Of a DNA stretch of 64,000 bases, positions 1 through 11,191 are shown in pieces. The position numbers and the translations under genes are program-made. The DNA is from Octopus sinensis (lineage: Eukaryota). The first letter of the stretch is position 1; each line of letters opens with the position of its first letter. A model generated the notes under the pieces. The model did no database searches, was not told the origin of the DNA, and saw only the letters and a list, made by a program, of their open reading frames with translations. The stretch lies in NCBI RefSeq assembly GCF_006345805.1, contig NW_021831834.1:1454-65453 (forward strand). The letters run 5' to 3'.

Positions 1-2905
1 TTAGAACGAGACCATTGACGATTGATATTTCCTCACGAACGGAGACGAATGGTTTGATGTTTATTGGTATTTTGTCTTTTGGGGGCCATTCTGTTCTTGT
101 ATATGTGATGAGTGTCTGTAGTGACGGGTCGTCTGCAGTGGCTTCTTTATACTCGTTTAATTTAGTGTCGGTTATGGGGTAATTTTTTATTACTGCATGT
201 ATGTGCGATTTCATATCTTCGTCTGATACTTCTGGAGTATTTTGCTCAAGGTATGCACGTGATGGGGTATCTGCAACAATTGATTCTTTACCAGGTATGT
301 GGTTTAGGTCAAAATCATATTTTTGTAATGTTAGTAGAGATCTTTGGATTCTGGGCGGGGGGGGGGGCATTTAATGATCGATTTTTTGAATATTTGCTTC
401 AACGGTTTATGTTCATTTTCGATTCTGAAATGAGTTCCGTATATAAACTGATGAAATTTCTTGCATGCGAAAACTATACTGAGAGCTTCGCTCTCTATCG
501 GACAGTAGTTTTGTTCTGCTTGAGTTGTTGCACGAGATGCAAACGAAACAGATATCCATCTTTCGTTGTGTTTCTGCTCAAGTATCGCTCCGAGCCCATG
601 CTTACTAGCATCTGTAGTTATTTTTATTGGTAGATCTGGATTATAAAATTGTAGCACTGGTTTTCTGGTAATCATTTCTTTTATCTTTTTTATTGCTTCG
701 ATTTGTGGTTTGTCGAATGACCATAACGTGTCACTCTGTAGAAGCTGGCGTAATGGTGCTGTAACTTCGGAGTAATTTGATAAAAATTTACATAGGTAAT
801 TTGTCATACCTAGGAATCTTTGTAATTCTTTTTTACTTGTTGGCAGTGGCATGTGAATGATTGCTTGCACTTTGGTTGGATCTTGTTTTATCCCATTCGC
901 TGGTTAATAGATGCCCTAGGTACGTGATTTGTGATTCATAGAAGATACACTTTGATTTATTTAACTTTAATCCGTGCTTTCGGATTCGATCGAAAACTTG
1001 TTGTAGTCTATTTGTGTGTTCTTCTAAAGTGCTGGACCAGATTATGATGTCATCCTGTGAATTTCTTGCTCCTTCTATGCCCTCTATTATTTTTGTAATT
1101 TCTTTTTGGAAAACTTCACTGGCGCTGTGAATTCCAAAGGGTAGTCGTGTGAAGCGATACCTTCCAAAAGGTTTGTTGAACGTTAACAGATGGGAGCTTT
1201 CTTCGTCAACTGGAATTTGCCAGTATCCATTAGATGCATCGAGTTTCGAAAAATATTTAGGGTTATGCATTTGTGCAAAAATGTCCTCCGCTGTAGGGAG
1301 TTTGAAATGTTGCCTTTTTATGGCTTTGTTTAGATTCTTGGGGTCTAAACAGAGTCGGAGTTTTCCGTTGGCTTTTTCAACGATGACTAGGGAATTTACC
1401 CAGTCTGTAGGTTCACTAACAGGTTTTATGATACCTAATTCTGTCATTCTTTTTAATTCTTTGTTGAGTTTTTCTTTTATAGAAAAAGGAACCGATCTTG
1501 GTGGATGAATTACAGGAGTTATTTGTGGATCCACTGTGATATGATGTGTTATTGACAAAGTGCCAATTTCTCCGAAACAGTCTTCATATTTTTCTATTAT
1601 GTCGTTTGTGTTCGACGAGTTTATTTTTGAAATTCTCTGAATTAGGTTCAGATCTTTAGCTGTCTTTGCATCTATAACTGCGTGCGAGTTTGTTTTTGCA
1701 ACAATGAATTTTATTTGTTTTGTTAATTCTTTGTATTTAATGACTGCTGTGCATTTTCCTAGCACTTTTATAGCTGTGTTATTGTAAGCTGATAATCGAG
1801 TTGAGGTTTTTTGCAGTTGTGGCTTTGGAATTATATTTTTATATTCTCTGAATGGCAGTACAGTTACGTCTGCTCCAGTATCAATTTTGAATGTTACATT
1901 CGAGTTGTTCACTTTTAGTTCGACCGTCCAAATGTCTTTTGGAGTCTTGAACTTTTCGATTTTGTGCACGCGGGAATTATTTGCAGTGATCATTTCGAGT
2001 GCATGTGTATCGTCATCTGATTCATCGTCGGTATGTATCTCTACTTTATGTACAAATTTTCTTGATTTGCACATTTTTGCATAGTGTCCTTGTTTCTTGC
2101 ATTTTTCACATGTCTTGTGAAATGCTGGGCATTTATTTCTTTTGTGATTATAACCACAATAGTGACAGTTAGTGACGTAGTGTTGACTTGGCGCTTGAAA
2201 CTTCGCGGGCTTTCTGTCACTTCCGCCTTGTTCGTTTTGATGTCTGGATTGCATATGGCGAGTTATTTGAGTTTTGGCGCCTTTTCTGTCGTGTTGACTA
2301 TATACCCTCGAGATTTCGTTATCTCTTGTTTCGGATGTGGCATTTAGCATCCTTGATTGGAGTCGTGTTTGCTCTGCACTCTGACCTGCTTGAATTGTTT
2401 TTTGTAAGTCTAAATTTGGTTCTCTCAATAATCTTTCTCTTAATCTCAGGTCTCTGATTCCACATATCAGAATATCTTTGGTGAGACTGTCTGTGAGGTT
2501 GCCGAATTCGCACTGTTGTGCCTTTTGGCCCAACTCTACCACGTACTCATCGAATTTTTGATGTTCCGCTTGTCCACATGTGAAGAATTTGTGTCTCAGG
2601 GAAGTTATGTTTTTCCTGGGTTCACAATATGCATCGAATTTTTCGATTACTGTTTGAAGGTTAATTTCTTCGTCGGGTGAATCGAAATCCAGAGTGGAAT
2701 GGATGTCTCGGCCTTTGGAACCGATGCAAGTTAAAAACATTGAAGTTTTTACTTTGTCTGGCTTCATGTCACTTTCTGTTGCTATCAAAAAGAGATTGAA
2801 TTCTTTTTTCCACTTTTTCCATGCTGCGGCTAGATTTTCCTGATTAAAGTCTAGGTCTTTTGGATGCGGTAAATTTTCCATTTCGTCTTTGAAGTATGAT
2901 TTCAA
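1..2905 (-). mobile_element. Ty3/gypsy (Mag-like) LTR retrotransposon gag-pol: gag with two Cys/His knuckles, protease, RT, RNase H, start of integrase linker; runs off the window; at least 3 frameshifts
   Basis: ORF 833-2905: CHYCGYNHKRNKC/CEKCKKQGHYAKMC knuckles, protease FKIDTGA, RT LDASNGYWQ...RLPFGI...SQDD. ORF 331-870: RNase H TDASKHGLGA...EAL...IENEHKPL. Below 355 a third frame reads PRIQRSLLTLQKYDFDLNHIPGKESIVAD. Frameshifts near 895, 357-367 (G11) and about 62. Confidence 0.95.
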
Positions 2906-2947
2906 CTTCTTTTTTCTTTTGGTTTCTGTATTTTGGGTTCTTTTAGT

Positions 2948-2959
2948 ATTCTGACACCA
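2948..2959 (-). promoter_or_regulatory. Primer binding site of the gypsy element
   Basis: Minus strand reads ...AACAACA|TGGTGTCAGAAT: TGG start immediately after the LTR-terminal CA. Confidence 0.85.
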
Positions 2960-3197
2960 TGTTGTTGTTATATATATATAATGTATTGAGTATTAAAGGA
3001 AGTAGTGAGTACTTAGTATGAAAGATTAAGAAAATGAGAGAGACTGAAAAAACGTGTTAACGATACGAGATACTTTATTAGACTGCCGTTGTTGTACAAG
3101 GTATTTGTTGTGGCGGGAAACTTACTGAATGTCCTTGTATCAAGGGAGACAATGGGCAACGTTGATTGTTCATATTTGTTGTGATGATTACATAACA
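2960..3197 (-). mobile_element. 5' LTR (about 238 bp) of the gypsy element
   Basis: Minus strand begins TGTTATG and ends ACAACA (TGTT...AACA termini), directly abutting the PBS. The 3' LTR is outside the window, so the outer boundary is not confirmed by LTR-LTR alignment. Confidence 0.75.
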
Positions 3198-3550
3198 CCG
3201 ACTACCTTCTGCATTAATCGATGAGAGATTTCAAAATGTTTCAAACAAACGCTTCACAATGCTTGATAACAAATCGCCCAAACACGAAACAAAATACTTT
3301 ATGAACGTAATTCTCAAATCAATTTCACAAATGAATTTCGCAAACATGCAAATTACAAACTACAGAAAGTTTCAAGAGAACATTTCATTTTGAGTAATGG
3401 AGTTTTTTTTTTTTTTTTTTTTTTTAAATCCTATACGACAATCTACAAGTAAAATTTTATCTTAGAATAATAGGCAGTGCAAAACATAATAATAGCAGCC
3501 TTTTGCTCAGAGATAGAATATTCCCATCCCTCGGACATCAGTGAAATGCA

Positions 3551-4100
3551 TATTCTTTTCTACTCTACGTTCAAGGCCCGAAATTTTGGGGAAGGGGGCC
3601 AGTCGATTTGACCGAGACAGTACGCAACTGGTACTTAATTTATCGACCCCGAAAGGATGAAAGGCAAAGTCGACCTCGGCGGAATTTGAACTCAGAACGT
3701 AAAGACAGACGAAATACCTATTTCTTTACTACCCACAAGGGGCTGAACACAGAGAGGACAAACAAGGACAGACAAACGGATTAAGTCGATTATATCGACC
3801 CCAGTGCGCAACTGGTACTTATTTAATCGACCCCGAAAGGATGAAAGGCAAAGTCGACCTCGGCGGAATTTGAACTCAGAACGTAACGGCAGACGAAATA
3901 CAGCTACGCATTCGCCCGCCCGGCGTGCTAACGTTTCTGCCGGCAGACGAAATACCGCTAAGCATTTCGCCCGGCGCGCTAACGTTTCTTATTTCTATAT
4001 TTCTCACAAGGGGCTAAACATAGAGGGAACAAACAAGGACAGACAAACGGAATAAGTCGATGTCACCGAGCCCAGTGCGTAGCTGGTACTTAATTTATCG
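3551..4100 (-). repeat. Tandem array of tRNA-derived SINE family A bodies
   Basis: Repeated core GAGTTCAAATTCCGCCGAGGTCGACTTTGCCTTTCATCCTTTCGGGGTCGAT(A/T)AA..AAGTACCAG on the minus strand; B-box GAGTTCAAATTC. Confidence 0.85.
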
Positions 4101-4392
4101 AGTAAATTTAGATATACTGAAATGGAGCATGGTCTGCTAATAAAGGAAGAAGGAAGTGAGTGGGATGATACACATTAAGCGCAGTTCTCTAAACTATATT
4201 TTTTCTCTTTATCTTTTACTTTTATATTCATGTTTTATGGTTATTTTTTTTTTGAAATTGCTTAAAGTTTCTTTTAAATTCTTTTTAACCCCAGGAGATA
4301 TATTAGATAAAGACCTTTACAATCTAAAATGTATACTCTCATGATTACCACAAACATTTTTATAGAGAATCAAATAAATTGTATATGTAAGT

Positions 4393-5447
4393 GTGTCTGT
4401 GTGTATTTCCGCTATTGTGCTGATAATGTGCTATTTATTTTTCTGTCTATACATTGCAAAAGGATTTACTTTTGTCTCTTCATTCTATCAACAGATCATT
4501 CCAGGATCGGCGACAATTCCAACAGAGTTTTCTAACACATATCAACTGAAGCTCAGGGAAACAATTAATAGCAAATTGTTTCAAACAAATCCCATCAAGG
4601 AGAAACAACAAACAAAAGCACCACATTTACTATCAAAAGGTCTTAAATTTTCAAGAAATTTAGCCAAAAAAAGACCAGGGCTATTTTCATTGATCGCAAC
4701 GAGAGAGCAAAACTTTAAACGGAAACAATTACTAAATGGTCAGTGTCAGCGACATGGTGTCAGACGCCCTCCGTTTCATTATCTGATGCTTGTGAACCAC
4801 CAACATAAAATGGTATTCTGCTACATCCCTAAAGTTGGCTGCACATTCTTTAAACGCCTTATGTTGATTCTCAAAGGGAAATATCAGAATGGTTCTAGTC
4901 CGTATGATATAGCACCAACCAAAATACACACGTTGCGAATGAATACCTTTTCGACTCGTCCCAGAAAAAATGCCGCAGTCTTGAAGGCTTACAAGAAAGT
5001 AGTTTTTGTTCGGGATCCTTATTCACGCCTTTTTTCAGGTTATCTCGACAAAATTTTCTTGCCACAACAAAATTTTAAAACCCTGTGTACTTATATTATT
5101 AAAACTTTCAGGAAAAGTGTGGTTAAAAATTCAAGTATTATATGTCCTGTTGATGTAACTTTTGAAGAATTTTTGCGTTATGCCATCCATTCAAATCTGA
5201 AGAAAGTAAAAAAAATGATCATTTTGATATGATGCATGATCTGTGTGGTACCTGTAATATCAAGTATGATATCATAGGGAAACTCGATACTTTTGTCCCT
5301 GATTTGAATTTAATGTTTGAAGAAATTGGTGAAGGTCATAGAATGTCAGCCAAAAATATGTTAACTGAGAGAGTTGGAGATGATCTTACAGTTGTCGTTG
5401 ACCACGCCTTTCATAACAAGAATAATACATGTGTGGATTTCTCGCAA
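4393..5447 (+). CDS. Carbohydrate sulfotransferase (Sulfotransfer_2, CHST8-14/HNK-1ST-like), coding exon 1; 1-bp frameshift at A8 5208-5215
   Basis: N-terminal hydrophobic anchor, 5'-PSB-like FCYIPKVGCTFFKR, 3'-PB-like KVVFVRDPYSRLFSGYLDK. Adding one A gives KKNDHFDMMHDLCGTCNIKYDIIGKLDT and joins ORF 5229. Donor CAA|GTAAGT at 5447/5448. Start uncertain (GTG 4393, first ATG 4426). Confidence 0.88.
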
Positions 5448-5952
5448 GTAAGTGACAAGCCTTGTATGTCTTTATTTGAAAATAGTGACCTACTTAATAA
5501 TCCGCCACAAATTAAGTAATGAATTGGTTTGCTTTCTTTTTTAATTAGCGAGAGTATCATAGGCTAAAGGTAAGCTCACAAAAAGCTGCATCTGTAAGCT
5601 GTTTTCATCTTTGTTTACTGTCACACAAAATCATTAAAAGCATGAAAGACAAGCAGTTTCATTTCGTACTGTGCTCTAAAATCGACACTTTTTGTTATTT
5701 AATAAATTCCCATTTTACATAGAGAGATGGCCATTATCTCGAGTTGATCACCCTGTAACAATAGTTAAGCTACCGGGAAAACTAGGATGCAACCCAATTT
5801 CAACTTAGACCACTCTGCTACAAATGATTGTATGAAAATAGGAGTTCTAATGTGTGCTCCTTTTTCTTGTTAGATATAAGCCATTGTGCTTAGTAAAAAT
5901 GTTTAATCGATATTGTTGTGAATGTTCGTAGTCTTCAATATACGCACTATTA

Positions 5953-6165
5953 GGGTGGTGAGCTGGTAGAACCTTTAGTACGTCGGGAAAATTGCTATGC
6001 GGCATTTTGTCCGTCTATGTTCAAACTCCGTCAAGGTTGATTTTGCTTTTCATGTTTACGAGGTCGATAAAATAAGCACCAGTTAAGTGTAGGGGGTCTA
6101 TGTAATCGACTTAGCCCCTTCCCCGAAATTCCTAGCCTTTTGCCAAAATTTGAAACCAATATAAT
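5953..6165 (+). repeat. SINE family A copy in the sulfotransferase intron
   Basis: GGGTGGTGAGCTGGTAGAA head, GTTCAAACTCC B-box, TTTGCTTTTCATG...GGTCGATAAAATAAGCACCAG core. Confidence 0.75.
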
Positions 6166-6204
6166 ATTCTCTATTTATTATACTCATGTTTCTTAAATTT
6201 TCAG

Positions 6205-6540
6205 ATTTTGCGCCGCACATGGCGAAGAGCTCAGATTCGAGGATTCGTCAGTATGGATTTAGATTTCCCTTTTACCAATAACCAGACATTATTTGTAACT
6301 AAACAAGAATTTTTAGATACTATTAAAGATGCCAGTCTGGTTTCAAAAAATGATAAAAGTTTAAAAGTCATCAAAAATGAAGCAATGTCTTACGCTTATA
6401 GTACAGTACCAATGGATGTTTTAGATCAGTTAGAGGTTCTTCTAAAAGATGACTGTTTACAATTTGGATACGACACAAGGCCAAAACATGTATTCGAAGC
6501 CAATCAACGAACATGGAATTTTAATTATTTTAATGTTTGA
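6205..6540 (+). CDS. Carbohydrate sulfotransferase coding exon 2 (terminal)
   Basis: Acceptor TTTTCAG|ATT at 6204/6205, phase 0, matching the donor at 5448. Reads ILRRTWRRAQIRGF...LKDDCLQFGYD (C-terminal D..LFGY-type motif) to TGA 6538-6540. Intron 757 bp. Confidence 0.85.
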   Translation: MLRRTWRRAQIRGFVSMDLDFPFTNNQTLFVTKQEFLDTIKDASLVSKNDKSLKVIKNEAMSYAYSTVPMDVLDQLEVLLKDDCLQFGYDTRPKHVFEANQRTWNFNYFNV

Positions 6541-6972
6541 GATATATACATTTAAAATGAAGCACAATTTATTAATAATTTTGAGGGTATTTATGGTTTT
6601 GCTTTTGTGTATATGCTGTTGTTGTTGTTTAGTACTACATCACCTTCATGGAACCCATATCAAAGATATCACCCCAGAGACGATTACATCATTAGTTTTC
6701 TAAACCAGGCCCTACAGTGTCTATCTACTGTTTCATGTTTTAGACGGTTGGATATGATGTGAGAGAGATATAGCTCTTACTTCTGGCGGGCGACCGCATA
6801 CGTGTTTTAAAGTATTTTATTTATACTATGTAAGGGTACACGCCATATGCGAACTTGTGATAAACATTTCTCAGCGACATACATCATTGTTTACCGCAGC
6901 TTCTGTCTGTTTGTGTATTCTACCTCTGCAGCATCATGGATACAACTTAGTGAGTTGAAAGATGATGTTCCG

Positions 6973-7009
<37 letters not shown>

Positions 7010-7533
7010 ATATATATATGATCTGTGAAAGTTTCTCTTACGTATATTTCTACATGACATACAATCATATAATGCTTAGTATGCATATTGAAGTAAAATG
7101 TACATATATAATATGGAATGTTGAAATAAATAATACTAGACTGAGAAGACTATGAAACGGCTGTAATCATGGAGACATCATATAGATTTAATAAATCTGT
7201 ATTCACTTCTTATGCATCCTGATTATATGATTATATCGTGATGATGGATTGATCTCATTGAGAAATTTGAACAGTCATAGGTATGATAGATTTATGGAAA
7301 ATCTGATTAAATAATTTCAGGAAAATAGAAGACACTAACCTTATTGCAGTTAATCTTTTTAGACACAGCCTTGAAATTAGATAATATCTGATTAACTTCA
7401 TATCTTTCCAGCTTTATAATCTAAGGTCTAAGGGAGATAACTCATTTAAGTTTTTTTTACTTTCTACATTTAGTTTTTTATTTTTATTTTTTTATTTTCC
7501 GCTTTTCGTTTTCCGTTTTTTTTTACCTGACAT

Positions 7534-7534
<1 letters not shown>

Positions 7535-7568
<34 letters not shown>

Positions 7569-7934
7569 GTTATTATTATTAGGTCACTGCGTAGAATCGA
7601 ACTCGGAATCTTGGGGTTAGTAGCCCTCGCTCTCAACCACTACGCCATATACCCGTGGGGATAAGAGGGCAAGCTACTAACCCTAAAATTCCGAGTTCGA
7701 TTCCAAGCAGTGACCTGAACAATAATAATAATAATATAATAATAATAATAATAACAACATCGAAAAATTCCTTAGGAATGAGAACCCAGGTTCGAAATCT
7801 CCCCCAAGACACCTGAAGAAGGCTGGAGGGTATATCAGCCGTAACGTGTTAACAACAACAACAACAAAAAAGGACAAATATCCGTCGAATGCAAATAATG
7901 TACATAATTCCTCATCTCTTAAATATAGAACTGT
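7535..7934. repeat. Head-to-head inverted pair of tRNA(Arg)-like-headed repeats; the + copy has an (AAT)n linker and a hammerhead-like tail
   Basis: Minus copy 7535-7658 has A box TGGCGTAGTGG and B box GAGTTCGATTC. The plus copy repeats CTACTAACCCTAAAATTCCGAGTTCGATTCC..CAGTGACCT and continues into a unique tail. Confidence 0.75.
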
Positions 7935-8490
7935 ATTACTCACACGTATACACACATAAACACGGACACATATGCTCGCACGCACACATACATATGTACA
8001 CAGACACATGTATACACACACATGCACAACACACACACATATAAATACAGACACAAACTCACGCATACAGGTGCGCACACATGCATACACGCGCGCATTC
8101 TACTGAATCGGCCTTGAACATGACAGGCTACGTATTGTATTTTGTCAATTCTGGAAGGATCAAAGCTGAAGTCACCTTCTAACAGATATTACATTAAAAT
8201 ATAACACAGTGGACTTTAAACATTGCATGCCATTGTCTATGCCAACCTAACATAACAGCCGTTTCTAATACAGGTATGAATATATGGGTGTTGATTTTTA
8301 TATATTTTAACTCTAGAAAGTTGATGGACAAAGCAGAAATCCGATGGCATTTGAACATCGAACATAAAGCGTCACAACTCAACAATGTATTTCATTCCGT
8401 CTGATAATCTACCTATTCTTTTAATTCGACATTCTATTGAAATTGATTGAACATTGTTTGGAATTTATTTTATGTAAGACTATAACCATT

Positions 8491-8773
8491 TATAATAGTT
8501 GTATACTGTCAATTTAACGTGACAGTAGGGGATTACACTACCGTTGTTTAGCCCTAGGAAGCATCGAACGCTTCCTGTCGACTTTGACACATTTACTGTG
8601 TCCTTATATATATTTACGAAGGGGAGACGAATACCCCCAAATACATCCCCTTCGTAATAAGGACACAGTAAATGTGTCGAAGACGACAGGAAGCGTTCGA
8701 TGCTTCCTAGGGCTAAACAGCGGTGGTGTAATCCCCTACTGTCACGTTAAATTGACAGTATACAACTATTATA
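8491..8773. mobile_element. Fold-back MITE-like element, about 116-bp arms plus 11-bp inner stem, probable TA TSD
   Basis: 8491-8607 is the reverse complement of 8657-8773 with 4 mismatches; inner 8615-8625 pairs with 8646-8656. Confidence 0.85.
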
Positions 8774-8920
8774 TCGCCCCACCACTGTACATATCTCTAT
8801 GAGATATTTAGAAATTTAATATTTCTGATATAACCATTTATAGTTGTGGATTGATAAAATTTGAAAAAATATATGGTATATGTGATACATTTGAATGAAA
8901 CCCAAAATAAAGAAATTGTA

Positions 8921-8951
<31 letters not shown>

Positions 8952-9344
8952 GCGTGAGAGAGAGAGAGAGACCGACAGACAGACAGATTATAAATGTTCG
9001 TATTTATTTTATGAATTATATATATTTGGAGTGTTATATAAAATCTTATTCGAAAATATTATTGAGCAATAAAAATCATTAGCTAAAAACTAAACCATAA
9101 TTATAAATCATATATCGTATTAATTTGTATACAGTCGCAAAAATTACTTTTCTATGCAGTCAAAAAATTTGCCGGGAGGTATAGAGAATTTCATCGTCCT
9201 AGTTACTCTCCAACCAAACGAAGAATAAATATAAATTTGCGTTCGGTCGAATTTCAATTTCAGAACATAAAGGGAAATAACTCCATACTGCAAACCAATA
9301 AATCCTGTAACTTATCATTTCTGTAAATACACAGCCGTATATTC

Positions 9345-9755
9345 TCTATTCTCTTACTCTTTTACTTGTTTCAGTCATTTGACTGCGGCCATGCTGGAGC
9401 ACCGCCTTTAGTCGAGCAAATCGACGTCAGGACTTATGTTTTGTAAGCCTAGTACTTACTCTATCGGTATCTTTTGCCGAACCGCTAGCTTACGGGGACG
9501 TAAACACACCAGCATCGGTTGTAAGCGATGTTGGAGTTGGGAGGGTGGGGGGTAAACACAGACATACAAACATATACACACGCATACATATATATATACA
9601 TATATACGATGGGCTTCTTACAGTTTCCGTCTACCAAATCCACTCACAAGGCTTTGGTCGGCTCGAGGCTATAGTAGAAGACTCTTGCCCAAGGTGCCAC
9701 GCAGTGGGATTGAACCCAGAACCATGTGGTTGGCAACCAAGCTAATTACCACACA
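9345..9755 (-). repeat. tRNA-derived SINE family B; further copies about 28110-28468(-), 33515-33930(+), 41390-41765(-), 43385-43795(-)
   Basis: Head GTGGCTGTGTGGTAAG, B box GGGTTCA(G/A)TCCC, GGCACCTTGGGCAAGTGTCTTCTACTATAGCC segment, internal (TA/CA)n, tail GACTGAAACAAGTAAAAGAGT. Confidence 0.85.
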
Positions 9756-9949
9756 CCCAAATTTCTATTATAGACACAAGCCAAAAATACTAGTTGTGGA
9801 AATTGTCTTTGAATTTTTCTTTAGTAATTTGCTTGTAATTTATTCTATCAACACACATAGAGTAATTGTTAGATTTTACAGAATGTTAACATTTTTCACC
9901 CACCCCGCCGGTGTATTTCTACCATTTCACGAATGGCCGGGCTCTAAAT

Positions 9950-10189
9950 CAGTGAATTTCAAACGGGGTCCATATAGGATTTTGTCGTTAAAATTTACGA
10001 GCAATAAATTGGTTATACTTCTACAATGCACAAAATATTTTAACTTTATTTTTTATACAATTCCTTATAATATTTAATTATAAAAATATAATAAGAGTTT
10101 TTTTTTAAACATCGAATATCTATGACGGTTCAGTAGAATAAAATATGAATTAAAAGTGTCCATAGGCAAAAGGTGGTTGCGAATCACTG
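9950..10189. mobile_element. hAT-type MITE (240 bp)
   Basis: Imperfect TIRs CAGTGAATTTCAAAC / CAGTGATTCGCAACC; 8-bp TSD CTCTAAAT (9942-9949) / CTCTAAAC (10190-10197). Confidence 0.7.
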
Positions 10190-10424
10190 CTCTAAACCTT
10201 TGAATTCTCCTCTTCCCAAAAATCTTAAAACTCTTTCCATTTTGTTAATTTGTACCTAACATCTTTCAATGCACACCATCGGTAATTTCTTTGGATTACT
10301 CTTCTCCAAGTGAAATTTAACCCCTTGTGGGCAATAAAAGAATAAATATCAGAGATGAAATGAATTCTCAAAGCAATGTCATTTTCAGCAATTATATCAT
10401 CCCAGCAATATACTACAACTGTAG

Positions 10425-10632
10425 GAACGGTGAGCTGGCAGAATCGTTAGTACGTCGGGCAAAATGCTTAGTGGCATAACGTCCTGAGTTCAAATTCCAC
10501 CGAGGTCGATTTTGCTTTTCGTTCTTTCGGGGTCCATAAAATAATTACCAATTGAGCACTGGGATCGATGTAATTGCCTTATACCCCACCACCGAAATTT
10601 CTGGCCTTATGCCAAAATTTGAAACCAATATT
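10425..10632 (+). repeat. SINE family A copy; others about 32950-33170(-), 40680-41060(-, two), 58610-58840(-)
   Basis: GGTGAGCTGGCAGAATCGTTAG head, GAGTTCAAATTCC B-box, family core. Confidence 0.8.
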
Positions 10633-11191
10633 AGAAGTAAAATGGTGTTAATAGTCCCTTTACTGATTAATATGTAGATAAATAATTGTTTCTTAATTAG
10701 AGTTGAAAGTACGACTAGAGTATTACGTGAAAATATAATGTAACTTTAAAACGACATATGAACTATACATAAAATTATTTCAGAGACTACTAAGATAAAA
10801 TGATGAACTTCCATTCAATGTCAACGATGGACGCTCCATTGCTTGACCATTCCAAAAACTAATGCTTAAGCGGTTGGATATTTCTCGGGCACATGTACTC
10901 CTAACGTAGTTCTCGGACAGAATCAGCTACAGGAGGCTGGTTCTTGGAGATTGGTACATTGTCAATCCACAGATAAATAGAAAAAAAAAGTTGGGAATCG
11001 CCTCCATCACCGGAGTGTATTGAATATATCAACTCCCGAAGAATGAAAGGCAAACAAGATTTCAGTGGAACTTGATCATAAAGTGCAGAAAACCGGAACG
11101 AGTGTCATTAGTAATTCAAGCAAATGGCTTGAAGTTTCCACCAATTCGTCAGTTTTAAAATAAGATAAACAGCATTTCAAAGGTAACATTA

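Noticed and set aside
253-2513. Plus-strand ORFs overlapping the gypsy gag-pol
   Set aside because: Antisense shadows of the retroelement ORF, with no independent motifs.
7581-7658. Functional tRNA gene
   Set aside because: Poor acceptor stem, ACT anticodon and direct run into an (AAT)n tail indicate a SINE head.
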